64,000 bases of DNA, from contig OZ076409.1 in NCBI GenBank assembly GCA_964187785.1, forward strand, positions 27,716,001 through 27,780,000. The letters are read 5' to 3'. The stretch comes from Amphiscolops sp. MND2022. Lineage: Eukaryota. Positions within the stretch are counted from its first letter, which is position 1. Every line of letters begins with the position of its first letter. The notes beneath the pieces are model-generated. The model was not told the origin of the DNA, made no database searches, and saw nothing but the letters and a program-made list of their open reading frames with translations. A program made the position numbers and the translations under genes. Of this stretch, positions 14,101-24,570 are shown piece by piece.

Positions 14101-15969
14101 CTCCCCATTTAAAAATGTGGGGTCGGAAAATAACAAGGTTTCAAACTAAAGGTCTTCTCCAACCAAAAAATGTGGAACAGTTAACAAGTAAAAATCAGTT
14201 GTAAATTCCATAAGGAAAGTCTATAACTGGTTGATTGAGTTTAATTGTTAACCAGTAGACCTAAACAAGACGGGAACGTCTCAAGTCGGCGCTATATCTA
14301 AGGCTCAAAAAGCGCAAAACATTTTTTTGGAAAAAAACTTGAAATTTTCGAAAAAAAAATTTCTTTCGGAAAATGTCGCACAGTGCCGAAAAATGTAAAA
14401 GGGGGGGCCTTTTTGATTTATAAACACGCATTCTGTAGCAAAATAACAAAAAACTCAAAGGGGGAACAAAAATTTTGAAAAAAAAGTCGCACAGTGCCGA
14501 AAAAAATCGAAAGGGGGCCCTTTAGTCCCGCCCGGGCTTGTAGGTAACGTTTAAAAAGTAAAAAACCAAAGGGGGGATCCTTTGGAATAATTTACATGCA
14601 TTTCCCTGGTATTTAGTTTCCTTTAGTTGAACGTTAACGTTCGTCGCTTCGAGTCTGTCTTAAATTTAAAAAAAGAAAAAAAAACGAGTGACTGTAATAG
14701 TCGGGCTCTTTTCTTGAGAAAAGCGCCGACTAAAAAAACGAGTGATTGTAATAGTCGGGCTCTTTTCTTAAGAAAAGCGCCGACTAAAAACATGACTATG
14801 TCATAACCCAAGCAATATCATCAGAAACTTGTTTCGGGATATGTTCTTGACAATCAAAATTTCTTTACAATGCTTTATTGAATTTCCAATTAAAGTCACA
14901 GGGAAAACTCCAAAGGCGAAAAACTGATAAATTAAATGTGCCAAAGTTGGTTCTCTTGGGCGAGAACAAGAGAGCGGTACTGCTCCTTTCTCGCCTTTAT
15001 TGGGTAATATGTACATGTATTTTTGAGATTTCTGCTATGAATACCCAATTAAATTAATTATTCCTATTCCTTTGTTTGCAATTCCTTTCCTTCCCAAACA
15101 TGACGTACCACGTAGCATACCTAAACGCAAAATTCATTCAACACAGTTCTATTGGTTTGCCATTTTCATGTTACTTCCATAGATTTTTTTATTTTTCAAT
15201 AATTCGGATGAATAGTCTTGGACGTCCTCTTCGGATGTTCTTTCTTCCAGTCTTATGTTTCCCATGATTTCAAAAGTTAGTTTTTGAAAAACTAGTCTAA
15301 AATAGAAAGCAAAGCAGACACCGAAGAAACTACGGAGTAATTTCCCTAACAAAACTCAAAACTGGAACAATGACAGACCATAGGCCCTTAATGCTACTTT
15401 ATCATGTTAATTATGGATTATGTCTATGATAAAAGACAATTTCGGGTCATCAAAACATGTTTTTCATAGATTTCATCATTCATACTCATTCTCATTAGCG
15501 GTCCTCGAAGTCTCGTTGAAGTGTACGTTTTTACCCTTTAAAACAAAAACTTTTGAAATGACTTTGATTAAACATCTAGATCTCCCGATTAATTAACTCG
15601 ACATACATTAGATAGGAAAATAACTACGAGTAAATGATGGCCTATTGAACAAACTTTGTAACTTTTATGATATTCAGTCGAATTAATTTCACTTGGGTAT
15701 CCCTTGCCTCTCAACTCAGTGAGGTGAAGATCTTTGTGGCCTCGTGGATCAATGTGTGCATTTGCGTGGGTTATATCATAGGGGAGTGTATCATTGGCGG
15801 GTGGGTGTACGATCAAGCAGGCTTTGTCTTCAGTTGCCTCTTTGAAGTGTCTCTCTTCTCCCTCGCTTTCATCTCAAGCCTTTTCTACATTAAGATACAG
15901 AAACAGCTCCAGCCTGAGTCCTTAACTCTCGTTTCCCGGGATCACACTCCTTATTCATATGTTTCGTAA
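5177..15969 (+). CDS. Major facilitator superfamily transporter, SLC18B1-like, ~455 aa. Exons 5177-5402, 7659-8107, 12549-12816, 13130-~13304, 15720-15969
   Basis: Hydrophobic TM-rich ORF pieces (IASPIFPTEA, QLLVGIGCG, LGGYYLPFVVAG, IIGGWVYDQAGF) join through GT-AG introns with matching phases 1, 0, 1. The donor of intron 4 is uncertain. Total 1368 nt. Confidence 0.8.
5321..6211 (+). repeat. ~446-bp near-perfect tandem duplication covering the 3' part of MFS exon 1 and its splice donor
   Basis: 5321-5766 is repeated at 5767-6211 (GCGCAAAGCAAGC...GATTAC), differing by a 1-nt poly-T indel. Confidence 0.93.
6453..6970. mobile_element. Short non-autonomous interspersed element, possibly Helentron/HINE-like (copy 1)
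   Basis: Shares both ends (AGTCGGCGTTTTCGAAGAAAA.. hairpin and ..GAGCCTTAGATATGGCGCCGACTTGGGCCGTTCCC..TTGTT) with 8461-8840 and, reversed, with 14264-14790. Confidence 0.6.
8383..9306. mobile_element. Long palindromic foldback/MITE whose left arm is interrupted by an insertion
   Basis: 8383-8460 plus 8841-9020 is the reverse complement of ~9050-9306. Confidence 0.8.
8461..8840. mobile_element. Short non-autonomous element (copy 2) inserted into a T-run of the foldback arm
   Basis: Absent from the mirror arm (9221-9240). Flanked by T residues, with no evident TSD. Confidence 0.65.
9900..12030. repeat. Interspersed element with degenerate ~155-190 bp internal tandem repeats
   Basis: GCCTACTGGACAA-like motif near 10541, 10781, 10965, 11121, 11305, 11492, 11681. 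The end region 11820-11980 matches ~43500-43660 in reverse complement. Boundaries approximate. Confidence 0.6.
14264..14790. mobile_element. Short non-autonomous element (copy 3, opposite orientation) with a duplicated terminal hairpin
   Basis: Starts AACAAGACGGGAACGTCTCAAGTCGGCGCTATATCTAAGGCTC. Ends with two copies of AGTCGGGCTCTTTTCTT.AGAAAAGCGCCGACT. Confidence 0.6.
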
Positions 15970-16520
15970 ATTTACCATTATTTTTTGTAGCTTTCGCTTT
16001 TCAAGTCTGCTTGTTGATCTTCAAAGAACAGATAGTTCGAGTGACAGAATGTTCGTCGTCAAAACATTTGTGGTCACTAATTTATTCGTGAATTTTAAAT
16101 GCGTCTACTACCAGATACCACTTCAATTCAAAAATTATCTAACACTTCAATTGAGCTCTTGAGCACAAGCATCAAATTGACATCTCCACTAACACCAACA
16201 TTCGGGCAAAAGGTTTTTGGAGCATTAGAGAATTCCATTTTCGGTTAATTCTTTAGTTTCAATAAGAATAAAATTGAAAAATTTCGTTGATCAATTAGAT
16301 TGGAATTGAAAAGAGTTCGTTTCCAATCACGGGTCAAATCATTTCGTCGTCCAAAATTTCGTGTCCTGATTTCCGCAAAAGGCTCAGAAAAAACTAGCAG
16401 GTGCACTGTAATGGCAGTCAATTAACTCAACGAAAAACTCGCGAAGCAACAGGATTTTACCCGTTCCGAAATATTTTGGCAATCTCATTTTAGAAAAATT
16501 ACCTCGTTAAATAATGCTTC

Positions 16521-18368
16521 TGTGGTAAGCACGAGTATCTGAGAATGTGAATCCGTCCTTCTCACGATTACCAAGTGTCTTACTCTTCAAATTGTTCCTA
16601 GAGTCCGCATTACGTAGAACTTCGGAATATCCTTCCGGTCTCTCGGACGGTATGTTCCATCTCTCTTTGGTCATATGTCCGGAATCGGCCATAAGGGCAT
16701 TTTGAATCTGGGGAAGAACTTGATTACTAATTGCCTCACTTATAGCTCTTTGAATCTGCACACTGACGCTGTTCATCATCTCATCCATCTCCCGAGATAT
16801 ACGGGAATTCAACTCACTCGACAATCTGTTGATCTCGGCGTTAGAACTACCTCTAGCTGAGTTCTGGCCTAGTTCGGCATTTGGACTAGGTCCATTGTTC
16901 TCAGAGTTAGATAACCTATTTTCATCCTCATTTTCAAATTCGTCGCCAAAAGGACTACCAGGTCTTCTGGCCTGGTTACTATTTAGACTCTCACTTCTTT
17001 CATTTCTATTGTAATGATTTCCTCCAAGCATTATGTCTAAATTCTCAATATCTGACAACATTTCTGCCTCTCTTGATTTTCTCGCTTTCTTTTGTTTCCT
17101 TGTGGTAGGCATTGAAATTGAACCGGGTTGAATAATTCAATTATTAAAACCGGAAAACTGACAAACGTCGTTGTAATAATTCGATCTTTATCAAAGCAAG
17201 GTTATGGAAATTGTGTCCCCCTTTGCAGGAAAGTAACTATATATACTCCTGAAAGATGACACTTACATTCCACGGATTCTTTGATCAAGATAATATCATG
17301 TGGTTATGTCCTCAACGGGTCATGTGACAAATATTATTACGGCATCGGGTATTAATACTTCAAAGCAACTATTTTAGGGTGATGTCCCGATTGGGAAAAT
17401 TCCTAACATTTTACAATCACAACTATTCATTCATCAAAGGCGGCATCAAAATATTTACTAGTGCATCAAATGAAATTTCCGTCTATCAAAGGAACTAGCA
17501 CTCATCATGAATGTAAACAACATTGCACACATTCCTTTCAGGCACGTGCCACCACGTGACCTAAAATTAGCTTTGCAACAGTGTGAAGCACATCATGTTA
17601 TTAGGCCTAATACGGCCAATTGTCATGTTAATAATTATATGCGTTGATTAACCGATTAGCCCCAAATATATGTACTGCATCACTTTTCAAAGGAACGTAA
17701 CAACTTCAATGGCCGGAAATAGCCGGCTAATTAATAGGCAAGTACTAATGAAATATGGCCTTAAGGGCCTAGCAAAAGGGTTGAGTATTAAGACGAAGCA
17801 TCAGTTATGAACAGAGATCTGGCTATTATGAAAACACAAATTCAACAAACATGACTTGTTTCATGTTAAATTATCACCTTATTTCAGTCTTGAACTAAGG
17901 GGACGGAACCGTCCATTTGACCAGTATATTAAAAGAGAAATATTAAAGCACGGCAACTGGCCTTACTCGGCCATTAGTTAGGTATCATCAATAGGCAAGA
18001 TTATATACTGCGATGTGATTGGCTGAGGCAACGTGCTCAAGTGACGCAATCGGTATAGTGCTGTTCGTCACTTGAACACGTTTCCTTTACTGCCTTACAG
18101 TTGCTCGTTTCATTGTATTTTCTATCGCTTTAAATTAGCGCCTTACAACTCCACCAACTCGATTGAAATTTCCAATTGTTAGATTTAACAGACTAATTGT
18201 ATATAAAATGAGCATCATCAATGATCATAATGCACAAAATAACAAAATGGCGTGAAAGTTTGATATCAATTGTAAGTTCTTAATAAATAGGTAAGGTTCC
18301 GGGTACATATTCTTGGCCAACTGCCGAAGTAGTTACTGTCGTGCCGTCACAGGCGGCAGCCTGCGACA
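16521..18368 (-). repeat. 3' LTR (1848 bp)
   Basis: Colinear with 30905-32752; only two substitutions noticed by eye (16524 and ~17449). Confidence 0.96.
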
Positions 18369-19062
18369 CTGCGGGTGTTATGAAAAGGAAGCATCCTGCA
18401 TTAAGCCCATTCTCGTAGGCTTCTTTCCTCAACTTCGTGATGTGCTCGGGCTCGTTCCTTGGGGTGGATCGTTCCATATACCATCTGACTCTCTCACCCT
18501 TGATTGCATCTACAGAGCGGCCGCAAACCATACACCCAGTATATTGGGTCTCGCTGACATTTTGGTAGGGCACCGAGTTCTGCACGTGATAAGACACATG
18601 AAAATCACTTACTGCGGGCTGGACCAGAGGAGTGTCCTGGCTTGGCCCCCTCTCATGGATTGGTGGAGACATCGGTGATTCTAGCACTGGTAGCAGCGTC
18701 TTGCAGAGCTCAATTCGTGATTTCTCCGCTCTCTTTGACGGGGCATAGCACCTTTCGTGATCAAAGTATTTTGTATCTAACTTGGGAGTCACATCTTGCC
18801 CCGGCTGTCTGGTGCTTGGTCCTGTGACCATTTCTTCCTCCATACTGCTAGTCGTCATGACACGTCCGGCAATTAGAATGGGGCTGGACACTACCTGCTT
18901 CTCCACCCTTCTGATCATTTCGTCCGTGTCCGTCGACCAGTCTGAGTCCAAATCAACTGAGGTTTCCTCATCGCTGCTTATGTAAATGACTGAATCGCCT
19001 GATGAGTCTGAGTCCAGTTCAGCCATCTCGAAGAGCTTTCCAGATTTTGCGTATTTATCCAT
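18280..19062 (-). CDS. Accessory ORF3 of the Gypsy element (~260 aa from first ATG); acidic N-terminus with VIYISSDEE motif; function unknown
   Basis: Uninterrupted ORF with TATAAA ~70 nt upstream. A positional counterpart with VIDISSDEE lies at 63201-63935. Confidence 0.75.
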   Translation of the reverse strand: MDKYAKSGKLFEMAELDSDSSGDSVIYISSDEETSVDLDSDWSTDTDEMIRRVEKQVVSSPILIAGRVMTTSSMEEEMVTGPSTRQPGQDVTPKLDTKYFDHERCYAPSKRAEKSRIELCKTLLPVLESPMSPPIHERGPSQDTPLVQPAVSDFHVSYHVQNSVPYQNVSETQYTGCMVCGRSVDAIKGERVRWYMERSTPRNEPEHITKLRKEAYENGLNAGCFLFITPAVSQAAACDGTTVTTSAVGQEYVPGTLPIY

Positions 19063-19110
19063 GATGAATTTTTTAGCTATTTTGAAGTTTATGAAGGCAA
19101 CTAGCTGCAA

Positions 19111-19957
19111 GTGAGATTCAAAGTTGAATGAATTTATAAAACTCTCCTCAGGCCGACTCGGGCCGTTTTCCCGGGGTTTCGTTTCAGCGGCAGAATCTTT
19201 GGTTAATCGGTCTGATCCGTCGTAAACTTTTCTGAATGGGGTTTCTCAGCGGCGGTTCACCCTTTGAATATCGGAACGCTGCCCCCCGAGCCCACCCTCT
19301 CAAGTAGGTAATCAGAGAGGTGTTAAGTTAACAACAACAAATAACTCCACTTCAAGAGGGTAATTAACATCAAGCTTGATAGCAATTAACGGCACGCGTC
19401 AGATAAAGCCTACTAAAATGGCTTCAGCCAATCAAATTTGAGCTTCGATAAATTTGAAAAATGAATAATAAAGATGGCGAAAAATAATAATTTGAATAAC
19501 TAAAATGGCGAAGATTCAGCTAAGGTAATTAGGGTAACTAGACAAAACGACAAAACAAAATAGGTCAACTGGCCATAACCGGCCTCTAACTAGTTAAGCT
19601 GTAAATAGCAAAGTTCTTTGCACATTTCGCTGGCAGACTCCATGTACCGAATAAATATGTAGATAATTAAATAATATTAGTCTGGTAATTTCTTCAGCCA
19701 CGACCTCCAACTTTTATCTCCTTTCAATTGTTAACACGCATTTAGTTCCATTACCATTTAAATTGTTTACATTTGTATCCTTCAGTCTTTGCTATTCCGC
19801 TTTCCTTATCTGGGTCTTCAACTTCGTTGCTGGCTTCTTCTTCCCTTTACGGAGCCCTCCGAGCCTCTTTCTTTCATCAGCCGTGTTCGGCCGTCTTCCC
19901 CATACTCTTCATCCGAATTTGGATAGAATCCCTTAGGACGAATTCTTCCACAACAGA
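19111..19957. promoter_or_regulatory. Putative internal bidirectional promoter between ORF3 and the antisense gene
   Basis: Lies between two divergent starts. TATAAA on the minus strand at ~19133-19138; AGCCAATCA (CCAAT box) at ~19426. Confidence 0.45.
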
Positions 19958-22900
19958 ATGTCTTCAAAAGCAGGTTGGTCTGGGTTTTCATATTTTTGAA
20001 CTAGTTTAACTTGATCAGAGCTAAGTTTGTTCACTAATTGCTTCCTGTTTCCACTACTTGGTGAACACGTGTTGATCACGTCCGTTCAGAATTTCGAACA
20101 CTTCCGGAAGTTTTCTAATGCGGCAAATGGATTTCTATCAAGGAAGCATACCGCCAAATTTCATCTCCTTCTGTTTAGAAAACCAGACAAGTGATGAGAC
20201 CCAAGTCCCAGCCAACCTAAGTCTAGACAACCCTGTTGAAACTGTAGTGTCAGCTCCTCATACCTCTGTTCTAACGCAATCCCAAGAGACCAAAGGGAGC
20301 ACGGATAGCGAGGTTGATGTGACTACTTTCGCCGATGAGATGGTAGACATGATGGAGAAAGCTCAGACGACAATTGCTCGCTCCCCAGATGATACTGCCA
20401 CTGTCACTTCCACTGGTGCGGATGACCGAACTCAGGAGAGGACTGAAACATTAGTTCAGGAACTAGTCAGGACAAGTACCCCAATGCTCCCTGATGAGGA
20501 AGTGTTGACCCAGTGTAACTTGTCTGCATTGGAGTCTGCACTCAGAGTAGCCACCTCGTCCAATTCCCAGCTCCCGGAACTTGTGGCCGTTGTAGCGTCA
20601 CCTCCCAATGATGAAACTTTAACCAGGGCGCAATCTGGAGATGATAACGAATCCTCAGTGTACGAAGTCCCTGCTCTACCCGTCGAGAAGCCCAAAGTCC
20701 TTTATCTTACGGATTTCAGTGGGAGTGAGCAAACTGCAGATGAAAGCAGCTTAGCAGGATGCCCTCCTTTGTACGGAACCAACCCACTGGAGATTGAGTC
20801 GGGAGCTGAAGCAGGGGGTGAGACTGGCATCAATCCCTCACATTCGGTGCTCAGTGACCAAGACGGCGTGCCCCGGAGACAGCAAGGTGACAGGTTTCCT
20901 GAATTATCAGGTAGGACTCGCGCCATCCTCAAAACCTACTTTGACGATGCACAGCCATTCTCTTTGCCCCTCGGACATCCAACTGTGGCTTTTACTGAGC
21001 CACAGATGTACCACCTCTTAAGGTCCCTTACTGACGAGACTATCCGAATGTCTTATACCACGATGGAGCGAATGGTGTTGGACGCAGTAAAGGGCACCCC
21101 GACCGTGGCCCCGTCAAGGACCAGTCACTTCCAGACTAGAGTTCGAGCCCCCACTCCCTTTGGATGCAGTGAATCAAGTGACGATGAAACCGATAACCTC
21201 ACTGGGGCCTGTCCCTTAGCTGGTTCCTCGTCTGGAGCAGAAGGCACTGATACATCCGCTGGGTTCGAAGACAGTGATAGTTCCGGAGAGATGGCTCTGA
21301 TCACTGAGACATTCAAGAAGAATCTCACGACGGATCTAGGACCAAATCCCTCACAGCAGTCCGGAAGCCAGTCCCAACAAGAAGAGCCTGGCCAATCAGG
21401 CTTCAGCAGCCAAGATGCCACGTTGCTGGAAGTCCGCGATGAGGCCCTGGAACGCAAATCCAGAACAACTACCAAGACGCAGAGGCAGAAACGCATCAAG
21501 CGCACCACCCACAGAGGAGTCCCCATGCGCGAAGAATTCTTTGCAAAAATAGGTTGGACAAGGTCCTTCATTTCTGGACCCGCGGACCCCATCCACAATC
21601 CTCTGATGGTTTGGTGTCACATTTGCAAGAGAAACTTTTCCATCCGCAGCAAAGGCACCATGGAAATCCTAAGACACCACCGTTCAGAGAGGCATCTAAG
21701 AAAGGACCAGAGGTGGCGATATGAGTACCTAAAGAGTGTTGATCCCGTCACCAAGCAAGTCCAGCATCGTGTAAGAGGACGAAACGGAAGGCTTCTGAAT
21801 AAGATTGAGTTAGCCAGAGAACTCCCACGTTTCATCCATTCAGAGCTAGTGGACATTGGGGAACGATTCCCCTTTTATGACGATTTTATCCAGGGACGGA
21901 CCACTGCCATAGTCACCCCAGAGTCCAGGTCCAGGACCCAATTGGGCATCGTCATTGACTTCCTCAAGGACCAAGGCGATTTTGCGATGCTACGCAATCT
22001 ATGGGCACGCCTTAGTTCCTTCACAGACTACCAAGCTACTCTCTGTGACTTCGACTGGGGGGAAGAACGTATGACGGTAAGTTTTTTATTTTCCCTACTT
22101 GTAGGTTGACTCAATCTATTCTGCATTTTTGAAACATTCGTCTGTTTTCCAGACAATCTTCCAGCACCTGTTCAATTGTGCTATGAGCGAAATAGCGGAG
22201 TGCGTGGCTGCAGAACAGTGCTTTGCCATAGAATTTGAAGACAGCAATGTCAATCGCTTCATGTCTCTTCGATTCTGGAAGGGGACTGAATTGTGTCGCG
22301 TCCTCGTCTGTCGCAGCGAGCTACCCTCTTCGGAATTGTCAGGAGAACTAGGGTCTCTCTCACGGCTCCTATCCGCAGTCTCCACCAATTGCGGTGTGGT
22401 GGCTTGTTCTGGCTGCCCCGTTGACTTTGTCAGGACAATCGACCATTCCCCACTCTTCTCAAGAGCAGTGCAGGCGTCCTTCCGGTTTGAGACCTTGTCC
22501 CTCTCCAGACTGATGCACAAACCCAGTTATAGTGTCTTCGGGCATATCGACTTCTTTTCGGTCCTACATGCCTTACTCATCACCCTGGGTGGATCTCTCT
22601 CTGAGGATTGGGTACTGCAGAGCCCCACCTTATCTCAGGTAATGACTTTCCGATTATGGTAGGAATGTTGTACCTTGGACAGATAGGAGACCCTGCTTAT
22701 TTCCCTTACGGACACTAATACAATACGTTATTTAGGCCATAGCTTCATGCAAATTGGATCTTCCCACTCTTCCTGCCCTATGTCAGGAACTTATCATCGT
22801 CTGGAAGTCCGTTGTGCGCTACCTAACGGAGCACTCACCCCGACAACAAGGACAGGGGGTTCGAACGAGAGTAAGTCCACTAAGAGATTGGTTTTCCTTC

Positions 22901-24295
22901 CCTTTAGGTCCCAACGTTAAATTTCGGTACCTTTCAAAATGTCTTCATAATCCAGGCTAACTGATATTTTCCCATTACAGGCGCAGAGCTTTGAGTGGAC
23001 CCTCATCTGTGATGAGTTCTTCACCATCAAATTGGAATTCTTTTGCAAGCTCGTCAGTGACTGTTAGTATCACTACTTAGCCTCCTCTAGGACGTGTCCT
23101 TAACTCATATATAAGGTCCGCCTTTGTTGTAGATACTTCCAGTTTTGCGGTCAACCTGCAACAGCGACGAGATGGGTCCTTCTTCCTGTGTGGTGAGGTC
23201 TCTCGTTACATACATCAACTCTGTTTCCGGATCTACACCGCTGATACAGTCCCATTGGAAAATGCATGGTTCCAGCTCCTCAATTTCCGTACTTCAGACG
23301 GAGTTTTCATCCCCGAGGCGGAGTTTCTGGCTCGTCTCAAGATCACCAACAAGGTCGCAACAGCCAGTAAGCAGAGGTCAGAAGGGGTCCATTCTGGTCA
23401 AAAGACTGAGCGTTCAGTAATTCAGAAGACAGCGGAGGCAATCAAGTCCAAGTTTGTCCAAGACGGGCAAAACTACCTGAAGTACCTATTGGGAGAGGTC
23501 CTCCATGAACCCGGTCTTAGCTCCAACATCATCAAAGGTCTGGCTGCTTTTGACCCAACTGTCATGCTCAAGAGGCCAATCGACATTGCTCTTAAGCACT
23601 TTGAGTTGTTATACAGCACTTTCCTCCTCCGCTCTTGGGTCCTCGAGGCCGATGAGTCAGCTTGTCGGGATGATTATTTGGCTCTTCTAGATCATCTTCG
23701 AGGGAATTACCCCCCTACCTTTGACGTCACCAGTGTCTCTCGAGACTTGATTGATTTCATGATGACCTTGGACTTCCTTCAGTCACGGGAGCGGCTTCTT
23801 TATTTGTTTAAGCTTTGCTGTCTGTGTGCAACCTCTGTTACCCCTACTTATCCAGTAGTAACTGCCGGGAGTGTGAGTACGGCGGGTCACCGAGGCAGAT
23901 TTACCGATGTTATTCTGCCTGTCCAGAGTTATGTAAGCTCAGTTCCTGGATCAGCCGCTTTCTGTTGTAATGAAGCTAATCTGTCCAAGTTTTCTTTATT
24001 CGCTTCCTCCTTTGGACGATCTGCCTTCTCAGCCGATTACGACCCTTGGACGTACGTTGACGATTTTGGCCGTTCCAAAATTTACAAATCGCTGCTGTCC
24101 ACCTACAAGTCCATTCTCTCTGTGCCTAAGGCAGTTTCCACTGAGGCAGGAACCAGGGGCGACGATAGTGTCGCCGATGAATGTGCTCTGAAAGCCCCCA
24201 GCGCTAGCAAGCGCAGGAGGATGAGTCGGAGCGCTTCCCGATCTAGGACCTCTTCTGTCGTGGATGAGTGTGTCCCCAGTTCTTCTAAAAACTAA
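19958..24295 (+). CDS. Spliced antisense accessory gene, ~1259 aa: disordered acidic N-terminus, zinc finger, degenerate hAT-transposase-like body. Exons 19958-19973, 20179-22076, 22153-22638, 22736-22870, 22981-23062, 23133-24295
   Basis: All five introns are GT-AG with consistent phases (1,0,0,0,1), giving 3780 nt with no internal stop. WCHICKRNFSIRSKGTMEILRHHRSERH zinc finger. Homologous to 58801-61628. The 16-nt first exon is the least certain part. Confidence 0.85.
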
Positions 24296-24570
24296 ATGTA
24301 CATATGTAATTATGTACAACCAGTTGTAAACTTTGTTGATTTCTTTCCGTTTCTGTTATATTTTTTATTTCTTGTTGTTGTATTTATTTGTATTCCATTT
24401 GTTGCCAATTTCTTGATCCCATATTATTCCCTTGAAGGGATCATTGTCAAACGTCCCGATATTTATTCAAAAAATACCACTTTCTGGGACTGAAAAGAAA
24501 AGAAGTAATGATAAAAAGGAAGAGAAAAGATAGTTCGGCGTCCGTTTTCGGGCACAATTTAATCTTTCCT

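Noticed and set aside
16507..17112. Independent 201-aa gene
   Set aside because: It is the 3' LTR copy of the gag N-terminus, ending in flanking DNA.
23193..23249. Possible 57-nt GT-AG intron in the antisense gene
   Set aside because: It is in frame, stop-free, and translates to GEVSRYIHQLCF, which aligns with GEYCNFIYCVLL in the homolog, so it is treated as coding.
18280..24295. env gene or nested autonomous DNA transposon
   Set aside because: No signal peptide or TM anchor, no TIR/TSD seen, and the same arrangement recurs in a second element.
24492..24530. Purine-rich tract as the missing PPT
   Set aside because: It is purine-rich on the strand opposite the genomic RNA and ~6 kb from the LTR; more likely 3' UTR or terminator sequence between convergent genes.
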